Origin: Octopus vulgaris
Lineage: Eukaryota
DNA: 64,000 nucleotides
Reading direction: 5' to 3'
Assembly: GCA_951406725.2 (NCBI GenBank)
Contig: OX597815.1
Coordinates: forward strand, 10,540,001 to 10,604,000
The position numbers and the translations under genes were made by a program. Below the pieces are notes generated by a model. It was not told the origin of the DNA, did not search any database, and worked only from the letters and a program-made list of their open reading frames with translations. The first letter of the stretch is position 1. The number at the start of each line of letters is the position of its first letter. Shown here piece after piece: positions 1 to 13,000 of the stretch.

Positions 1-480
1 TCATCCATTCAGGATCTATAAATTAAGCACCAGTTACGCACTGGGGTCGATGTAATCGACTTAATCCGTTTGTCTGTCCTTGTTTGTCCCCTCTGTGTTT
101 AGACCCTTGTGGGTAGTAAAGAAATAGGTATTTCGTCTGCCGCTACGTTCTGAGTTCAAATTCCGCCAAGGTCAACTTTGCCTTCCATCCTTTTGGGGTC
201 GATTAAATAAGTACCAGTTACGCACTGGGGTCGATATAGTCGACTTTATCCGTCTGTCTGTCCTTGTTTGTCTCCTCTATGTTTGTCTCCTCTATGTGGG
301 TAGTAAAGAAATAGGTATTTCGCCCGTCGCTACGTTCTGAGTTCAAATTCCGCCGAGGTCGACTTTGCCTTTCCTCCTTTCGGGGTGGATAAATTAAGTA
401 CCAGTTGCGTACTGAGATCGATCTCGTCGACTGGCCCCCTCCCCCAAATTTTCGGGCCTTGTGCCTAGAGTAGAAAAGAT
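1..480 (+). mobile_element. Tandem array of tRNA-derived SINE family A (Nin/Deu-like core), about 185-bp units, cut by the window start
   Basis: Repeated GTTCTGAGTTCAAATTCCGCCGAGGTCGAC (B-box-like) and GCCTTTCATCCTTTCGGGGTCGATAAATTAAGTACCAG (Nin/Deu-like domain); ends in an ATT tail. Confidence 0.85.
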
Positions 481-1141
481 TATTATTATGAAAGTTGCTA
501 AGGTGGCGTGCTGACAGAATCGTTGGCGCGTCGGAGGAAATGTTTTGCGGTATTATCTTCCAGCATGTTACGTGCTGAGTTCGAATTCCACCTTTGGTGG
601 TCGATAAAGTAAAATATCAGTAAAAGTAATAGAGTTCTTGGTGTCAACTAATAACCATTCTTCTAAATTATCGGCAACAGGCACAAGACTTGATTATTTG
701 GGTGGGGGAAGGGGTCACTCGATTGCATTGCCCCCCCCCCCCCATGTTTAACTGGTACTCATTTGATTTGATAAAAGGCAAAACTGATGTAAATTGAACT
801 CAGAACGTAAAGCTAGAAGAAAAAGCCACTCAGTACTTTTTCGGGTTCTCTAACGATTCTGCCAGCTCTCCGCTTTGCCTGAATTAAAAATAGAGCGTCG
901 CATAAAATACCCTGCAGTATATGTTCCAACTTTCCAAGACCTGAGTTCAAATACTACTAAGGAATCGACAGTGTGACGAAAAGAAAATGCTTTAAGGTAC
1001 GTAGGTGTGTCGCTTTCCGTTTTGAGTTCAAGTTCCAACGGGTCCCAAAATTAGAAATGGTCATATACTGTGGTTCAGTTCATCTAAATCTTTTCCTAAA
1101 AATGTAGGTTTTGAGCTGTATTCAATAGCTAGTTCTATTAA

Positions 1142-1909
1142 TGGTGAGCTGGCAGAAACATTAGCTCTCCGGGCGAAATGCTTAGCCGTATTTCGCCTGC
1201 CGTTACGTTCTGAGTTCAAATTCCACCGAGGTCGACTTTGTCTTTCATTCTTTCGGGGTCAATAAATAAAGTACCAGTTACGCACTCGGGTCGATGTAAT
1301 CGACTTAATCCGTTTGTCTGTCCTTGTTTGTCTCCTCTGTGTTTAGCCCCTTGTATAGGTATTTCGTCTGCCGTTACGTTCTGAGTTCAAATTCCGCCTA
1401 GGTCGACTTTGCCTTTCATCCTTTCGTGTTCGATTAAATAAGTACCAGTTACGCACTCGGATCGATATAATAGACTTAATCCGTTTGTCGGTCCTTCTTT
1501 GTCCCTTCTGTGTTTAGCTCCATGTGGGTAGTAAAGAAATAGGCATTTCGTCTTCCGTTACGTTCTGAGTTCAAATTCCGCCGAGGTCGACTTTGCCTTT
1601 CATCCTTTCGGGGTCGATAAATTAAGTACCAGTTACGCACTGGGGTCGATATAATGGACTTAATTCGTTTGTCTGTCCTTGTTTGTCCCCTTCTGTGTTT
1701 AGCCTCTTGTGGGTAGTAAAGAAATAGGTATTTCGTCTGCTGTTACGTTCTGAGTTCAAATTCCGCCGAGGTCGACTTTGCCTTTCATCCTTTCGGGGTC
1801 GATAAATAAAATACCAGTTACGCACTGGGGTCGATATAATCAACTTAATCCGTTTGTTTGTCCTTGTTTGTCCTCTCTGTGTTTAGCCCCTTGAGGGTAG
1901 TAAAAAAAT
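1142..1909 (+). mobile_element. SINE family A: head plus about 4 tandem units
   Basis: Head GGTGAGCTGGCAGAAACATTAGC (A-box-like) followed by four about 185-bp units. Confidence 0.85.
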
Positions 1910-2469
1910 AGTTCTGTTAATGATAGAAACGGTAGTGCAGCAACAAAATACCATATAACTAGTTCTATCCACTTATGTGGTGAGTTCAAACCTTGTCGAG
2001 GGTAAATTCTTATCATGATCGACATAAAAGTCAATCCTCAAGTACTGGGGGTGAATAGGTGCGACTCTGTGTCTGTCTTAGAAACTATCGTTATTGTTGT
2101 TGTTTGTTGGAAGTACAGGGGGGGGGGGTAAATTAGAGTGAAAGGAGAAAAGAGATTGGACAGAGAAAAGAAGTGTTTGTGGGAGATAGAGATATGAGGA
2201 GGATAGAGACAATGAGATTTTGGTGTGGAGGGAGAGGAAGAGAGTAGAGACAAGAAGAGTCAGTCACTGAGAAGTTGGTGGAGAGAGGCAGTATAAGCTT
2301 GTGAAGCCGTAGTATGAGTAGAAAGAAAAATAATGGAATTAATAGAGTGGTGAGGGTGGTTAGAGTAAATAGTGTAAAGCGAAGATAGCGTAATAAAGAG
2401 CGAGAGAGAGAGAAAGAAAAAAGAAAAAGGTAAACAGAGAGAGAGAGGGGGGAGAGGAAGGGGGGGAAA

Positions 2470-2527
2470 AAACGAAGCGCAGTAGTAACAATGCTAACCT
2501 TTATGCAAGTGGTTTCGTCGTTGTCTG
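2470..2527 (+). other. Weak candidate exon ending in a GT donor
   Basis: Non-repeat sequence after a GA-rich tract, ending TCTG|GTAAGA; no other support. Confidence 0.2.
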
Positions 2528-3022
2528 GTAAGAAAGTTGTATTTATTTTCGTTTCTCTGTTTATATATGTGAACGAACGCTAAGTCGACAATGAGCAAAA
2601 ACTGTATTTTATGTTCGCTATTGTTGCTTTATAGTTTATTTTAATGCTGGAATCAAAGGCGTCCAAGTGCTGGCTCTTTCGTAATGAACCTGCTTCTGAA
2701 TATTTAGAAAGACGTTTTAGGTTCAATGTTCCGGCAGTATTTCAAGTTTCTACTTGAATTAATTCGTTATGTTTCATTAAAAAAAACTTCACGCCTCACT
2801 TGGTAATCGATTTCTGTGTTCAATATATCTTTTCTAAGAATTTTAAACTGTTTGGGGTAAATTTGTTGTTCCTTAAATAAGTGATTTGTAGCAGTAACCA
2901 GTAGATTTCATATTTGTTTAGATTGGATGTAGAATTTAATTTCGCGGCAGGCAAGAACAGCAAGTTGTGAAAAAAAAAAAATAAAAAAAATGACGAAACA
3001 AATAATTCGTAGTGTTTTTTTA

Positions 3023-3404
3023 GAAGCACTCCGTCGGTTACGACGACGAGGGTTCCAGTTGATCCGATCAACGGAACAGCCTGCTCGTGAAATTAACGTG
3101 TAAGTGGCTGAGCACTCCACAGACACGTGCACCCTTAACGTAGTTCTCGGGGATATTCAGCGTGACACAGAGAGTGACAAGGCCGGCCCTTTGAAATACA
3201 GGTACAACAGAAACAGGAAGTAAGAGTGAGAGAAAGTTGTGGCGAAAGAGTACAGCAGGGATCACCACCACCCCCTGCCGGAGCCTCGTGGAGCTTTAGG
3301 TGTTTTCGCTCAATAAACACTCACAACGCCCGGTCTGGGAATCGAAACCGCGATCCTATGACCGCGAGTCCGCTGCCCTAACCACTGGGCCATTGCGCCT
3401 CCAC
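3023..3404 (-). mobile_element. tRNA(Arg)-like SINE family B, tail type 1 (resembles octopus OR SINEs)
   Basis: Minus strand reads GGAGGCGCAATGGCCCAGTGGTTAGGGCAGCGGACTCGCGGTC...GGTTTCGATTCCC (A and B boxes); 14-bp TSD TAATTYGTAGTGTT at 3003 and 3405. Confidence 0.85.
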
Positions 3405-3473
3405 TAATTTGTAGTGTTAATTTCAGGCTTCTACTTTCAGTGTTCAGTTCCTGAGAGATAATACGTATTACCA

Positions 3474-4558
3474 GCGGCAAGCTGGCAGAAACGTTAGCAC
3501 ACCGGGCGAAATGCTTAGCGATATTTCATCTGCCGTTACGTTCTGTGTTCAAATTCCGCCGAGGTCGACTTTACCTTTCATCCTTTCGGGGTCGATTAAA
3601 TAAGTACCAGTTACGCACTGGGGTCGATGTAATCGACTTACTCCGTTTGTCTGTCCTTTTTTTGTCCTTTCTGTGTTTAGCCCCTTGTGGGTAGTAAAGA
3701 AATAGGTATTTCATCTGCCGTTACGTTCTGAGTTCAAATTCCGCCGAGGTCGACTTTGCCTTTCATCCTTTCGGGGTCGATTAAATACGTACCAGTTACG
3801 CACTGGGGTCGATCTAATCGACTTAATCCGTTTGTTTGTCCTTGTTTGTCCCCTCTGTGTTTAGCCCCTTGTGGGTAGTAAAGAATTAGGTATTTCATCA
3901 GCCGTTACGTTCTGAATTCAAATTCCGCCGAGGTCGACTTTGCCTTTCATCCTTTCGGGGTCGATTAAATACGTACCAGTTACGCACTGGGGTCGATCTA
4001 ATCGACTTAATCCGTTTGTTTGTCCTTGTTTGTCCCCTCTGTGTTTATCCCCTTGTGGGTAGTAAAGAAATAGATATTTTGTCTGCCGCTACGTTGTGAG
4101 TTCAAATTCCGCCGAGGTCGACTTTGCCTTTCATCCTTTCGGGGTCGATTAAATACGTACCAGTTACGCACTGGGGTCGATCTAATCGATTTAATCCGTT
4201 TGTCTGTCCTTGTTTGTCCCCTCTGTGTTTAGCCCCTTGTGTGTTGTAAAAAAATAGATATTTCGTCTGCCGTTACGTTCTGAGTTCAGATTCCGCCGAA
4301 GTCGACTTTGCCTTTCATCCTTTCGGGGTCGATTAAATAAGTACCAGTTACACACTGGGGTCGATATAATCGATTTAATATCATTGTCTGTCCTTGTTTG
4401 TCCCCTCTGTCTTTAGCTCCTTGTGGGTAGTAAAGAAATAGATATTTCGCCTGCCGTTACGTTCTGAGTTCAAATTCTGCCGAAGTCGACTTTGCCTTTC
4501 ATCCTTTCGGGGTCGATTAAATAAGTACCAGTTATGCACTGGGGTCGATGTTACCGAT
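3474..4558 (+). mobile_element. SINE family A: head plus about 6 tandem 185-bp units
   Basis: Unit starts near 3521, 3706, 3890, 4074, 4259 and 4442. Confidence 0.9.
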
Positions 4559-4814
4559 CATTCTTCCATAGTTGCAAAATTCTGTATCAAACATGAATTA
4601 CGTTCAGTTAAACTGGCCATACTTTGTTGGGTTTTTTTTTTAATGACTAGTAAAAAAAAAATACACAAAAACCTACCGATCTATTAATGAGTAAATATAT
4701 TGTACTCATTACTCTTTTATAGAGCATCGAAGTGAAGTCTGCTATGGTGGCTTATGGCTCTCTTCTGTTCTACTCAGTGACATACTAATAGAAACAGATT
4801 CTTGGGCACATACT

Positions 4815-5194
4815 CTTTTACGCTCTTACTTGTTTCAGTCGTTTGACTGTGGCCATGCTGGAGCACCACCACCTTTAGTCGATCGAGCAAATCGACACCG
4901 GGACTTATTCTTTTGTAAGCCCAGTACTTATTCTATCGGCCTCTTTTGCCGAACCGCCAAGTAACGGGGACGTAAACACACCAGCATCGCTTGACAACTG
5001 ATGCTGGTGTGTTTACGTCCCCGTCACTTAGCGGTTCGGCAAAAGAGACCGATAGAATAAGTACTAGGCTTACAAAGAGTAAGTACTAGGCTTACAAAGA
5101 ATAAGTCCTGGGGTCGATTTTCTCGATCGACTAAAGGCGGTGGTGCTCCAGTATGGTCGCAGTCAAATGACTGAAACAAGTAAAAGCGTAAAAG
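4815..5194. repeat. About 380-bp palindrome made of two SINE family C 3' halves
   Basis: Arms are reverse complements around the centre CCAGCATCGCTTGACAACTGATGCTGG (4981-5007). Confidence 0.9.
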
Positions 5195-5256
5195 CATTTA
5201 TGAGCCAAAATCTTAAATTTTAGATTTAAATTTAAATTCACCCGAAGGAAACTTTT

Positions 5257-5303
5257 TTTCGCTGATGTAATTGATTTGTTCATCAATAAAAACGCGTCTG
5301 AAA
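5257..5303 (+). ncRNA. Degenerate Penelope-type hammerhead remnant
   Basis: TTTCG-CTGATGTA-ATTGAT..ATCAAT-AAAA-ACGCGT-C-TGAAA; stems retained, core mutated; (TA)n follows. Confidence 0.45.
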
Positions 5304-6967
5304 CAAATATAGTGAATCTCAACCCATTTGTATTTTTATTAATATATATATATATTAGTTATAGTTATAATTATAGTCAATAGTTATATAGCATGTGTAT
5401 AACCAGCAACCTTTTTACCAAACTGCAACATAACATACAGAAGTTACCTAAGATAGTTGTTTGATATTTGTACATTTGTACTGCAGCTATATAATAATTA
5501 TATAGCACTTATATTACAATTATACAACAATTATACAGCAGTTATATAAGTTATATAACAATTCTATAACTGCTTATAACAACTATTCATTAGCTATGAG
5601 TTATATAAGTTATTTGACTTTTGTATACTAGGACAACAGCTATGTAACAGCTCAAGCAACGTTGATTCTGGATAACATTATATCGGACGCTCAAATGGCT
5701 CAACAAATTTGCTGCATTTTACCTTGTCATACCGATTAACATAACTTTTTGGTGTTGTTCATGAACCCACAACATATACAGTACAATTCAGATTTAATGC
5801 GCGACTGTCGTTTGTTTGCCTCGGGCAAAGCAGATTTCGTTTAAGCCCTATAATTGGCTTAACTTATATAGCTGTTATATAGTTGGTGCACAACTTGTAT
5901 ATCTGTTATACAATCGTCTAATAATTGTTAAACAACTGACATACAATTGTTATATAAGGTTAGTATGGGTGTTACATGTTAAATAGCAGATATAAAACGA
6001 GCCTACGAGGAAAGCTCTACATAAATGGATGAATCTACTACAAATAGCAGCTAAATCTAAGCAAATTGTAGCCCAAATTACATTGATATATCATTTTTTT
6101 AAGACGGTGCGTGTGATTTGAAGGAAAATTGAGTGCTATTTCTAGTAGGTGATACAATCATGTGGCTCTCTCGTCGACTGGCATAAAAATGTAGTCTGAG
6201 GCTATCAAGGAGATGGAATATTGTCTGTGGTCAGTAGACCTACTAGAAACAACTGACATACATTCACCTACATCCTGCCATCTCAAAAATGAATGAAGGC
6301 ACTGGATAATGGAGCCCTGGGTAAAATGTACCTGAAGATGGGGTGAAAACAATTGGTGTCATAGTAGAACGATGGCCATTTGACCGATAGAAACATACAG
6401 AGCAACCTAGAACTCAGTGATTCTTTGTACCGTGTTAGTTGGTCGTCTACGTGCTTGATATATAAGTTTGCACGATTAGAGCTGACATTGGTTTACACAA
6501 CAACAAAACACAACAGTAACATCAACAACAAGAACAAGAACAACGCCTACACACAACAACAACAACAACAACAACAAAATGAATGTGATTTTCATGAACG
6601 AGGTATTTCCTGCAGTTATTAGGTTAGGGATTCCATGATGGAGCGGTCATTTCCTTATTCGCTGTCTCTGGATCACCTATTGCTGTGAGGACCACATTTA
6701 TATACATATTTTCCCCATCCCTCTTGCTTCGATTTGTACTTCGTTATATTTAGACCATTTCCAATGTCTCGTTGATCGATATGTTTCTGTTCAAAAGGTA
6801 TGGCATCAATTACAGTAATGCATTTTTATGTCTGGTTGTTTCCTTAATATTTGTCTGTCAGTGTGTAATTTCCTATATTATACTCATTGCTGCCGGTGAC
6901 TTTCTGATTATACTCGTATGTAAGGCAGATGCTATCTAACAAAAGTTAGACGTGATTACATATAAAA

Positions 6968-7345
6968 CAAGCAGTATCGCCCGGCGTTGCTCGGGTTTGT
7001 AAGGGAAATAACTATAAAGTATTTTTAGAGAGTTATAGCCAAAAAATAGCAAAAAAATGGGAAAAAAAATGATGGTAAATTTTTTTTGAGAGTTAAAAAG
7101 GTCGAGTTGCGTCCCCTAGACAGTCTGTGGTTTGTGTTTCTGATTCTCGACCCCATGTCGAATTTATCGATTTTTTCAGAACTGCGGGGACTTTTCAAAA
7201 TTTTCGCTGCGTTAGTTTTGAATTATGACATTGGGCTATGTGTGTGTCAAGTTTCATCAGAATCGGTTGAAAGCCGTGGTCAAGGTGAGGGTACAACCTA
7301 ATAGACACGCAGACAGACAAACTGCCGTTTATATAGAGAGAGATA
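6968..7345 (-). mobile_element. Non-autonomous Helitron-like element
   Basis: Minus strand starts A|TCTCTCTCTATATAAACGGCAG and ends AAACCCGAGCAACGCCGGGCGATACTGCTTG, the same 3' hairpin end as 53891-55552. Confidence 0.7.
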
Positions 7346-7389
7346 TTAAAGTCTTTTTTATACCAATGTGAGAAAACTTCAAACTGGGC

Positions 7390-9395
7390 GCAAGCTAGAT
7401 AGAGCCAGTAGATAGGGACAGCGTGGAGCCACTGAGAAAAGACTCCCCAACAAAAAGGATAAATTTGATAATTTTAGGCCCATAACTCTGTTAAATTCGG
7501 ATTTCAAAATTTTGGCCAAGGCGCTATCCAATAAATTGGCAATTGCCCTCGATGGTCTGAATAGGAATGCGCAACCATGCACCATCTCAAAGAGAACTAT
7601 CTACGACAACCTCTATTTCATGCGATATATCATAGAGAGGGTGAATAAGGAACATGGCAATAGTGGATCCCTGATCAATTGAGATCAGTCAAAAGCTTTC
7701 GATCTGTTCGATCATCAATACTTGGTGGCTGTCCTTATGGCGACCAGTTTTGGTCCCGTTTTCTGCAGTTTGATAGCGACTAACTAGTGAGCGATATCTA
7801 TTCACTGGCTAGGATGATGGCCGCCTTTAATAATTATTCTCTTCTGTCCCATACACTCGTCTCGTTTCTTCTGTATCTACAGACCCACTACTGCGATAAC
7901 TAGAGCAATTGAATGGCATCCTGCACAAACTAAGATGTGGAAAATTGGTATTGACATATGCAGAAGAGGCTGCTGTCATATTGTAAGGCATTGTGCATAT
8001 TAAGTTGATCAAGACAGCTCTAAAGGACCACGAAGTGATCGCAAGAGTCAAAATCAACGACGCAAAATCTGTGGGCCTTTCAGTTCGGTACCTGGAGAAG
8101 CTGCTCCATGTCTCCCAGCAGCAGCTTGGAGGACTGTACGGACGGACCGGTTGAATTGCTCGGTTTCTGGTTTGGTTCAGATCTCCAGGTAAAGAAGTGA
8201 TAAGCAGGGTAGCCAGTCTTCCTCGGAAGCTTTCCATAAAAGGTAAGGCAGAGGTGACGAACGGCTACATCGCCACCAACGTATATTACCGTCTGAACGC
8301 TGTGCCCTACTCCAGCTGGCGTCTGAGTGGATTGCAGTGTCTGTCCTTCTGCTTTCAGTGGAAGAGTTGTGTTCCACTGGTCACATCTACCGAATAGAGG
8401 ATTGGGCAGACCGTAGCTGTCAATGCGCTAGCATGGGCAAAAGCTGCGATTGTCTCCGGTTTTTCTCTCATGAAGAACAGGGGTGTCCAACGATTGTCAA
8501 ACGCTTTTTCTCACAGCTTTTGACAGAGCTGCATTCCGAAGTTACTTAAAGACGGAAACAGAACGTTTGGCTTCCGGAATACTGGCAAACGTTCACAGCT
8601 TTCTAGCAGTTGGGTAATGCGGGGAAAGCTCTAGGCCAGTGTTCTATAAATGAGTAGTGATGGAAAAAAAATGACAACTTACTCAGCTTAAAATACAAGA
8701 ATCGATGAAAATCAACTGGCTAATCTGTTTCAGAGGACTTTTGGAACGAGGCCCATGAATAATTTTCAGAAACGAGTCAAGTGGGTGCATATTGCTGGTG
8801 CGAGATAAACTCTGCAGACACAGAAGTGCAGTCAGTCGGGCCAATCCAAGGTGGAAGCAGGACAACCAAAAATTTCTGCACGTGCTCGTCCAGCACCTAA
8901 ATATTGCTGACACTTATAGATGTGTAAAACAATTGCTAACGCGTTCTGTTGCCTTTCTTTGGTCAAAAAGAGAAAGTAGTTTTAAACGATTGGTGACTTC
9001 GGCGAGATAGGTTGTGTGGTGGATGAGATTCAAAGGACTGAAGACAGACACCATCTTCTTTGGACAATCCCTCATTCACTTGAAAGGAAGAAAAAAATGA
9101 GGACGCCGAGGTAGAGCTTCTTCCCAATGAAATCGTGGGAAGGTAGATGAAAGTAACGTGCTTGCTCTAAGCACGCGGCCTCCAGATTGGCTAGAGGAAC
9201 CGAAAAACCATAGGGTTCATGAAGAGTCTTCACAAATAGCCCTCGTCTTCCCCGTATGGAGGAATTTTATTTGTTCGAAAATTTGCTTTTTGCATTTAGT
9301 TTTTAGTAATTTCTCTTCTGTATAAGCTTTGGTTTCATATATTTCAGCACTGTATTGTTCTGCATTTCTGTCAACCCTTATGGAAAATAAAAAAA
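7390..9395 (+). mobile_element. Decayed Tx1/L1-clade non-LTR retrotransposon (RT to 3' end)
   Basis: Manual translation gives DNFRPITLLNSDFKILAKALSNKL...TIYDNL..MR...DQSKAFDLFDHQYL with many stops; ends AATAAAAAAAAA. Confidence 0.8.
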
Positions 9396-9432
9396 AATTA
9401 TTATTATTTTTATTATTATTATTATTATTATT

Positions 9433-9572
9433 CAGTAGTTTTATTTTTATAGCGTGCTTTCACTTCACTACCGAGCGCAGCTCTGTGTGCCTTGGGTATG
9501 CGCTGTGATTTGTTATGATGCTCTGATGGTTACTGTATTGAAAGTGTTTTTCGAAGGATGTGTGCAGTGCCC
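9433..9572 (-). mobile_element. 140-bp 3' end of a second Dong/R4-like family in (AAT)n
   Basis: Minus strand encodes GTAHILRKTLSIQ* (long element ends GTAHILRKILSM*), then about 100 bp of 3' UTR and (AAT)n. Confidence 0.8.
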
Positions 9573-9636
<64 letters not shown>

Positions 9637-9639
<3 letters not shown>

Positions 9640-9776
9640 TAGTTTTATTTTTATAGCGTGCTTTCGCTTCACTACCGAGCGCAGCTCTGTGTGCCTTGGG
9701 TATATGATATGGTTTGTTGTGATGCTCTGATGGTTACTGTATTGAAAGTGTTCTGCGTAGAATGTGTGCAGTGCCC
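9637..9776 (-). mobile_element. Second 140-bp Dong/R4-like 3' end
   Basis: Encodes GTAHILRRTLSIQ*; same boundaries as 9433-9572. Confidence 0.8.
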
Positions 9777-9798
9777 TATTCTTCTTCTTCTTCTTCTT

Positions 9799-9829
<31 letters not shown>

Positions 9830-9846
9830 TTATTATTATTATTATT

Positions 9847-10012
9847 CTATGTTTGACTTTTGCTTTATATTTGTACAAGTTGGCTCCAAGTCTCACCCAG
9901 AGACCTCAAGAGACAACAGGGTTGGAAGTTCATGTTGTTGCTATGCCTAGTGTGCCATATATTTGGGGGGTGGGGATGTTGTACTAATGAATGTCTAAAA
10001 AGAAAAAAAAAA

Positions 10013-10049
<37 letters not shown>

Positions 10050-13000
10050 CGAAAATTATGTTTGTTTTAAACCTTGAGATTACATAGAGAGTATTTTGCG
10101 TAGGATATGAGCAGTTCCCATGAGCACTATCTTTTGAACTTCTGCCATTTTTGGGTTTCCTGGTATCTGAGTTAGGTAGCTATCAGCCCCTTTTGCTATC
10201 ATTCCCAGGGCACCTATGACAACAGGTATTGTTTTAGTCTTCAGCTTCCACATTTTGCTGATTTCTATTTCAAGATCTTTATATTTGCTCAGTTTTTGGT
10301 AGGTCTTGACAGATACGTTTATATCGATTGGGACAGTCATATCAATGAGGAGGCATGTTCTTTGTTTGAAGTTTTTCAATATGATGTCTGGCCTATTTGC
10401 ATCTATCTTCCTGTCAGTTTGAATGGTGAAGTTCCAGAGGAGTGAGATGTGGTCATTTTCAAGCACTGGGGGTGGTTTGTGTTCCCACCAGTTTTTTTCA
10501 TGGGGCAAATCCAGGTTTTTACAGATTACCCAGTGAATATATTGTGCAGCTCTATCGTGCCTGTTGAGATACTCTGTAGGCGCTAGAAGACTGCACTTGG
10601 AGACCACATGGTCAATGGTTTCATTTTGTTGCTTGCATACACGACACGTTGGACTGCTTCTGATCTTTAATATGTTGGCCTGGTAGTTTCTTGTTGGTAG
10701 GCATTGATCTTGAGCTGCTATGATAAACCCCTCTGTTTCAGATTTTAAGCCAGAGGCCATTAGCCATTGATGGGTCAGGGCTTTGTCGATATCTGCATTA
10801 TTCGCTCTCTTTGGGTATTTGCCATAGAGAGGTTTTTCTTGCCATTTATTATTCAGAATATCTAAGGCCGCAGTTTTGGCACGGGTTTTCATGCGCCTAG
10901 CTTTTTCTGTGCTTGTTTCTTGTATATCTATCTCTAATTCCGAAATTGGTTGTATTCGGAATTCACTTAGATATTCCTTTGCCTGTTTTGTGACTGAGTA
11001 TGATGCTTTCTTGTTTTCATGTTTTGAGACAAGTTTTAGCATCCAGTCCTCAGAGTTTTTCAGGTAGGTGTCTAGGCCAATTGTAGCAATCTTCATTGTT
11101 ATTGCCAGTTGCAAAAGACCACGGCCTCCCTCTTTTTCTTGGCAGATAGAGTCGTTCTGTATCTGCCTTAGGGTGGTGCATTCTATGCATTGTCAACAGT
11201 TTCCTTATTTTTCTGTCGAGCTGACATATTTCAGTAATTGACCAGTTAACAATATTGAAACTGTAAGTCACGACTGGTATAGCTAATGCATTGATTGCTT
11301 CGATCCTGTTTCTTGCATTCAGCTCTGTCTTGAGTATTGCTCTCACTCTTCGATAGCATTCTCTCCTGATCCTTTCCTTCATCTCTGAATGCCTTATTCC
11401 GTTCCCTTCAATTATCCCTAGGTACTTGTAGCTCTCCGCTGGGTCTAGTTCTTTTATGACATTCTGTTGGTCAAGGTTAACGTTAGATGTTTCTGTCATT
11501 TTTCCTTTGATAAAGGTAGCCTTTGCACATTTATCGAGGCCGAATTGCATTCTGATGTCGTCACTGAATTGTTTGACAATCGCTAGTAAGCCCTTGAGTT
11601 GTTCGTCATTTTTTGCAAAAGCTTTAAATCATCCATGTAAACGAGATGATTTATATTTTTATCAAACATTTTATACCCGTACTGCGCGTCATTGAGCAGC
11701 TTTGAGAGAGGTATTAAGGATAAACAAAAGAGGAGTGGTGACAGTGAGTCACCCTGGAAAATGCCACACGAAATTTTTACATCACCAGCATTTAGGGATT
11801 CACTGTCACTGTTCAGAGTTAGTGTGGTTCTCCATGATCTCATACTTACAGTCAAGAAGTTTCGCAGAGTTGGTGCTATCTTATACATTTCAAGGCATTT
11901 CCTAATCCAGCTATGTGGTAGGCTATCAAAAGCCTTTTTATAGTCTATCCAGGCTATTGATAAGTTTTTGTGTCGTTTGTGACAATCTTCTAAGATCATC
12001 TTATTGATGAGTAGTTGGTCTTTACAGCCGTAGGATCCACGTTTACATCCTTTCTGTTCATTAGGGAATATGCTGCTGTCTGTTAAAAAACTATAGGTAT
12101 ATTCCGTCAGGACAGATGTTAGTGTTTTGTACATAGTTGTTAAGCAGGTTATGGGTCTATAGTTTTTTGGTTCATTTGTTTCTTCACTTTTTGGAAGCAG
12201 GAATGTTAACCCATTAACTAGCCAAGGAGGCATCCTACTAGGGTGTTGCAAAACATCATTGTACAGTTCTGTTAGCAGTTCATGGCTCTCTGGGAAGGCA
12301 TTCAGCCAGAAGTTAGGAATTTTATCCTTTCCTGGAGACTTCCATTTGCTTGACCTCCTGAGAGCAGATCTTATATCTTCTACCTTGACACCCTCCCACT
12401 TTTGCTCTTCTAAGGGGTCCAGTTCTGTAGATATTCTGTCAATCCAGGGGGCCTTTTCGTTGTGTGTTTTTTCTTCTGCCCAGATTTTATTCCAAAATCT
12501 CTGCACTTCTTCTTTTGATGGTACAGACCCTGCAGTAAACGCTGTTTTTCCTATCTTCCTGTAAAAATTCTTGGTGTTATTTTTGAACATGTTGTTGTCC
12601 TTGAAAAATCTAACACGCTTTTCATACCTCGCTATGCGGGCAGCTTTGGCAGATACCTTTTGTTTGATGGTTTCTATGGTGGCATCAATATCAAGTATAG
12701 TTTTCATATTGTATTTTTTCAGTAATTTTGGGGTTTTTTGTAGGTTTGGTAATCTTGTGAGCCTTAAGGTTTTTCAAATATTCAATGTCAGATCTAAATA
12801 TTTTAATTTGTTGTTGCAGACGCTCTTGCCAAGAAGGCTTTTTGTGGGACTGTTGCCGTTTTCTAATCTTTACACCACATAGGATCGTTGAGATTTTCGC
12901 GGATGCATAGTATAGGTGGTTGAGGTTTGTGATATCAACATCATTAACTGAAATTATATCCTTAAGTGCAAGCCGGATTTTACCAATTATTTTCATGTTT

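Noticed and set aside
3330-3404. tRNA-like sequences
   Set aside because: They continue into SINE bodies with tails and TSDs, so they are SINE heads, not tRNA genes.
3474-4558. Regular arrays resembling CRISPR or retrozymes
   Set aside because: No unique spacers, no cas genes, eukaryotic context, and no CUGANGA/GAAA hammerhead core on either strand of the unit.
6325-6360. CTGAAGA..GAAAACAATTG hammerhead-like string
   Set aside because: No stem II can form and stem I is only 2-3 bp.
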